The notes beneath the pieces were generated by a model that did no database searches, was not told the origin of the DNA, and saw only the letters and a program-made list of their open reading frames with translations. Shown in pieces: positions 60,291 to 64,000 of a stretch of 64,000 nucleotides of DNA (the first letter of the stretch is position 1; each line of letters begins with the position of its first letter). This DNA comes from Longimicrobiales bacterium (GTDB lineage Bacteria > Gemmatimonadota > Gemmatimonadetes > Longimicrobiales > Gaopeijiaceae). Made by a program: the position numbers and the translations under genes. The stretch lies in assembly GCA_041690395.1 (NCBI GenBank), contig JAWLHJ010000001.1, positions 96,001 to 160,000 of the forward strand, read 5' to 3'.

Positions 60291-60801
60291 CACAGCAACT
60301 TCCTCCCTGGACGTCGACCCTCCGCGCGAAGGCCGAACCGAGACGTTCCACGACCCGGACGACCGACGCCCTCGCCTCCGGAGCCAGATCCGCAAGCATG
60401 TCGCGATACTCCTCGAGAAGGTCCGACGCGATCGCCTGGTGGACGGCCCTGCCGCGCGCCGTGGCGACGAGCCGGACGACTCGCCCGTCGGCGGCGTCCG
60501 CCTCGCGCGCAACGAGCCCCCGCTCCACCAGGCCGCGGGCGACGCGGCTCACCGTGCTCTTGTCGAGGAAGAGGTGCGCCGCGAGCTCGTTCACGGTCAG
60601 CCCGTCGGCGTCCACGATTCCCTCGAGGGCGTAGCACTGCGTCACGCTCAGGTCGTGGCAGCAGGCGCGGTCGCGGTCCCGGAACTGAACCACTCGGACC
60701 AACTCGCCCAGCGCGTCCGTGAACGCCCCGACATCGCGATCGAGCGCGTCGGAGGCACCTGTTTCGGTGCCTGACGCCGTGGACGGGAAGATAGTTGCCA
60801 T
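60280..60801 (-). CDS. MarR-family regulator with vicinal cysteines (probable As(III) sensor)
   Basis: RACCHDLSVTQC, LTVNELAAHLFLDKSTVSR, DGRVVRLVATARG wHTH, C-terminal GSCC; adjacent to arsM. Confidence 0.9.
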   Translation of the reverse strand: MATIFPSTASGTETGASDALDRDVGAFTDALGELVRVVQFRDRDRACCHDLSVTQCYALEGIVDADGLTVNELAAHLFLDKSTVSRVARGLVERGLVAREADAADGRVVRLVATARGRAVHQAIASDLLEEYRDMLADLAPEARASVVRVVERLGSAFARRVDVQGGSCCVVR

Positions 60802-60835
60802 ACGCAACTATGCCATGGGTGGGGCGGTCCGTCAA
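60791..60835 (-). promoter_or_regulatory. marR promoter with overlapping operator copy 1
   Basis: TTGACG (60835-60830), 17 bp, CATAGT (60812-60807); palindrome ATAGTTGC-N5-GCAACTAT (60791-60811) centred on the ATG. Confidence 0.75.
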
Positions 60836-60870
60836 GGGGGGCCGGGTCCGGACCCGGGACCGGCCGCCCC

Positions 60871-63363
60871 TCAGTTCCCCCAGGGGCACGAGAGGTCGGC
60901 CCAGAGCATGCCCGAGTCACCGATCGGGCTGCCCGGCGGCATGCCCGGTGCATCCGGGGTGGTGACCGGCTCCCACGGCCGCTCCAGGAAGCGCCCGATG
61001 TCGGCCGCGAGCGCGAGGTAGTGCGCCCGGTCGGACGGACTGGCGCTCATCGAGGCCTCCGCGACGGACACGGCTATGTCTTCGAGCTGGTATCCGGTGA
61101 CGGCACGCACCTGGGCCATCGGCGCTTCCGCGGCCAGCCGGATGAGGCGCTCCACGAGCGCCCGCTCGACCGCACGATTGATCTCGGCCTCGTAGGCGCC
61201 CGTCGGCTGCGCTCCGAACGTGGCCTCGCGGGCTCGGCTGATGACCTGCTCGAGCCCCGGCAGCGTCGGATCGAGCGCCCGCTGCTGGATCATGCGGGTC
61301 GCGCGCTCCGGGTGGAACAGGAAGCCCAGGGTCGCTTCGACCGAAGCGCGGGCGGGCGCGATGGCGTCGAACACCAGCCCGGTGTGCCGCTCGAAGAGCT
61401 CCTGATGGGGGCCGTAACTGGCCGGACGGGGCGGCAGGTTCTCGAGCACCGCGTCGGGCAGTGTCAGCTCCGCCGGATCGAGCGTCCGCATGAGGGCATC
61501 GAGCGCCCGCTGCTGCTCCGCCGCCGGGACCGGACGAAGCGGCGTCTGGCCGTCGCCCCTCATGGCGTAGGTGTAGTACTGACCGGCCACGACCTTGGTG
61601 ATGGCCTCGGCCTGGTACCGGTGATGCAGATACAATGGAACGAGCGCCTCCTCCATGGTCGCCATCGGCTCACCCATGCGAATGGCGGCCTCGCCGAAGC
61701 GGTCGAGCGCGACCCTCCGGACGTCCATCATGCGCTCGAGCTCGCCCGCCGCGGTGGCCCCGTTGTCCCACAGGTGGACGTTGGGGTGTGCGCTCCCGGC
61801 GGGCCGGCCGTCCTGGTCGGTGATGAACGTGATGCCCTCGCTCATCCCCTCCCGGAGAATCGCCTCGAGCGCCTCGGCCTCGTCGGTTCCCTCGGGGAAA
61901 TGCGTATAGCCGTATCGGATGGCGATCTCGTCCCAGGCGCCGATCCCGTCGGGATAAGACTCGCGGCCCAGCACGACGCGGCCGTTCTCGACGCGGGAGA
62001 TCGGATGCGGGTAGTCCATCACGGACATGGTGCCGTCGGCGGTCTGGGCGCTGGCAATGTAGTTGTGGCTGAGCCCGATCGTGTGCCCGATCTCGTGCGC
62101 CGACAGCTGCCGGATGCGCTGGAGCGCCATCTCCCGCACGTCGGCCGGGCTCTCGTCGCCGGTCAGATAGGGCGCGGTCAGCCCCTCACCGATGAGATAG
62201 TCCTGGCGGACACGCAGCGAGCCGAGCGTGACATGTCCCTTGAGGATTTCGCCGGTGCGTGGATCCTGGACCGAGTTGCCGTAGCTCCAGCCGCGGGTGG
62301 ACCGGTGCACCCACTGGACCACGTTGTAGCGGACGTCCATGGGGTCGGCCGTGTCGGGCAGGATCTCCATGCGGAAGGCGTCGATGTAGCCGGCGGCCTC
62401 GAACGCCTGATTCCACCATGCGCCGCCCTCCATGAGCGCCGTGCGCACCGGCTCGGGCGTGCCGGGGTCGAGGTAGTAGACGATCGGCTCGACCGCCTCC
62501 GAGCGCTCGGCGTTCGGGTCGCGCTTCTCGAGGCGATGGCGGGCGATGTACCGGACGGTGAGGTCGTCCTCGATGGGCTGCGCGAAGTCCATGAAGGTCG
62601 GGCCCCCGAAGCCCGCTCGAGGGTCGGCGAGCCGCGGCTCATACGATCCGTCGAGCGCGGGCAGCTCGACGAAGGAGTGGTGCTGCCGCACCGTCAGCGC
62701 ATTCCCCGTGGGCGTGACGCTCCGCACCAGGCCGCCCGGGTTGTTCGACGTGAAGGTCAGGGTGACCTCGATCTCGGTGTTGCTCGGAAAGCCCCGAGTC
62801 CTCGGCATGTACACCGCGCTGCGGGACTCCTGCAGGCTCCAGGATCCCTGGTTCCTCTGCAGCGTGGTCATGACCCCGTGCCAGTCCTCCATGAGGAAGT
62901 CGGTGGCGTCGACGAGCACGCGGTCGCCGGTCTCGGCCTCGGCGGTGAAGCCCCACAGCACCGAGCTCGGGAAGCCGTCCTCGACCGAGCGGCGCTCCAT
63001 GGCGTCGTCGGAGATGGCCCGGTAGCCGTAGTTGGGCTCCTCCATGAGCACCTTCGGGCCCACCCGCTTGAAGACGACCACGTGCCGGCCGCCCAGGTCA
63101 CCGCGGTTGAGGCCGATGTCGTTCTGGCCGAGGCCGGCCGGAAGCGACGTGTAGTGGAGCAGCTCCTCGTTCCAGCGAGCGATCTCGAGCCAGAGCGTGC
63201 CGGCCGACTCGTCCCAGTACATGGGCACGAACCCGTCCACACGGGTCATCTCCGCGGTCTTCTCCTCGATGGAGGGAAGTCCTTCCTGTGCCGCCATGGT
63301 CGCGGGCACGAGTCCGGCCATGACGACCAGTGTGCAGAGGGCCCACTTCACGCGCTGATCCAT
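60871..63363 (-). CDS. Exported zinc-dependent metalloprotease (DUF5117/DUF4953-type)
   Basis: Signal peptide; PRLADPRAGF, PIVYYLD, WNQAFEAAG, DPRTGEILKG, HEIGHTIGLSHN metzincin motif, SVMDY Met-turn. Confidence 0.9.
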   Translation of the reverse strand: MDQRVKWALCTLVVMAGLVPATMAAQEGLPSIEEKTAEMTRVDGFVPMYWDESAGTLWLEIARWNEELLHYTSLPAGLGQNDIGLNRGDLGGRHVVVFKRVGPKVLMEEPNYGYRAISDDAMERRSVEDGFPSSVLWGFTAEAETGDRVLVDATDFLMEDWHGVMTTLQRNQGSWSLQESRSAVYMPRTRGFPSNTEIEVTLTFTSNNPGGLVRSVTPTGNALTVRQHHSFVELPALDGSYEPRLADPRAGFGGPTFMDFAQPIEDDLTVRYIARHRLEKRDPNAERSEAVEPIVYYLDPGTPEPVRTALMEGGAWWNQAFEAAGYIDAFRMEILPDTADPMDVRYNVVQWVHRSTRGWSYGNSVQDPRTGEILKGHVTLGSLRVRQDYLIGEGLTAPYLTGDESPADVREMALQRIRQLSAHEIGHTIGLSHNYIASAQTADGTMSVMDYPHPISRVENGRVVLGRESYPDGIGAWDEIAIRYGYTHFPEGTDEAEALEAILREGMSEGITFITDQDGRPAGSAHPNVHLWDNGATAAGELERMMDVRRVALDRFGEAAIRMGEPMATMEEALVPLYLHHRYQAEAITKVVAGQYYTYAMRGDGQTPLRPVPAAEQQRALDALMRTLDPAELTLPDAVLENLPPRPASYGPHQELFERHTGLVFDAIAPARASVEATLGFLFHPERATRMIQQRALDPTLPGLEQVISRAREATFGAQPTGAYEAEINRAVERALVERLIRLAAEAPMAQVRAVTGYQLEDIAVSVAEASMSASPSDRAHYLALAADIGRFLERPWEPVTTPDAPGMPPGSPIGDSGMLWADLSCPWGN

Positions 63364-63546
63364 TCGTGTCTCCTCGCCGGTGATCCGTCCTCCGGCGAGG
63401 GCGCTCGAGCCGTCCTCTCGCGACCTACCGGGGCGTCGCGGCCGCGGGTGCGGCCGACCGCGAATGTGCGGGCCGAAGAGCGTAGGCGCCAGCCAGCCGG
63501 CACCGCGCCACCCTCCGATCGGCACCGGCCCTCCACACCGGTCCGC

Positions 63547-64000
63547 TCAGTCCTGCGCTCCGGTGCGGGCCACCGCGTCCTCGTGCACGGACAGGAGGAT
63601 CTGCCGGAAGCTGTCGAGGGGCAGCGCGCCCTGGAGCGGCCCGTAACCGACCACCAGGAAGGTCGGCGTGCCCCGGACGCCGAGCTCTCGCGCCAGGCCG
63701 CCGGCCGTCTCGATCCGGTCCAGGCGTCGCCCCTCCGTCTGACACGCGTCATAGGTCGCGGGATCGACACCGGCCGCGATGGCCCACTCCCGCACGAGGT
63801 CGGTGGCGTTGCCGCTGGACTTCCAGGCGGCCTGATCTTCCCAGAGCCTGTGGTTCACCCGCTCGAAGAGCTCGGGCGACTGCTCGAGCGAGCATTCCGC
63901 GGCCCTGAGGGCGGCCCGGGAGTTGTCGAACATCCCCGTCACGTAAGCCACGAACTTCCACTCGACCATCCCGGTCTCGATGAACTCCTCCTCCAGGGTC
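63547..64000 (-). CDS. DsbA/thioredoxin-fold protein (5' end outside the window)
   Basis: AALRAAEC, LGVRGTPTFLV cis-Pro loop, GALP; the frame is open to the window edge and the CxxC is not visible. Confidence 0.75.
   Translation of the reverse strand, partial: TLEEEFIETGMVEWKFVAYVTGMFDNSRAALRAAECSLEQSPELFERVNHRLWEDQAAWKSSGNATDLVREWAIAAGVDPATYDACQTEGRRLDRIETAGGLARELGVRGTPTFLVVGYGPLQGALPLDSFRQILLSVHEDAVARTGAQD

Noticed and set aside
60842..60857. 16-bp perfect palindrome CCGGGTCCGGACCCGG
   Set aside because: Single GC-rich copy just after a stop codon; probably a terminator-type hairpin, with no sign of a repeat family or mobile element end.

Overview
A GC-rich (roughly 70% by eye), densely coding bacterial chromosomal segment with about 58 genes. 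The gene content (PadR/ADOP permease pair, DUF5117-type metalloprotease, propeller hybrid kinase, many lipoproteins) suggests a diderm, most likely Gemmatimonadota; this is inference only. In order: two tRNAs (Val-CAC, Glu-CTC); a minus-strand block ligA-polX-Ca/Na antiporter-membrane protein-fabI-class III aminotransferase-lipase; an ECF sigma/anti-sigma pair; an M28 peptidase; carbonic anhydrase; phoX; lutABC; a hybrid kinase; a TetR-controlled pair of unknown exported proteins; a globin; sufC-B-D-Rieske-S-U-ogt; a four-gene fatty-acid modification operon resembling the furan fatty acid pathway; msrB-DUF1326-DUF2182; and a Cys-rich MarR with arsM. I saw no integrase, transposase, prophage or CRISPR array. 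The best leads are (1) the ufaD/ufaO/ufaM-like operon with a second methylase and a forced non-canonical start codon, (2) msrB overlapping two Cys-rich proteins of unknown function, (3) the MarR-arsM unit with two copies of one palindromic operator and an apparently leaderless repressor mRNA, and (4) a plastid/chlamydial-type FabI. All family calls come from motif recognition by eye, not from database searches. Start codons were moved from the ORF track where overlaps or ribosome-binding sites supported it.
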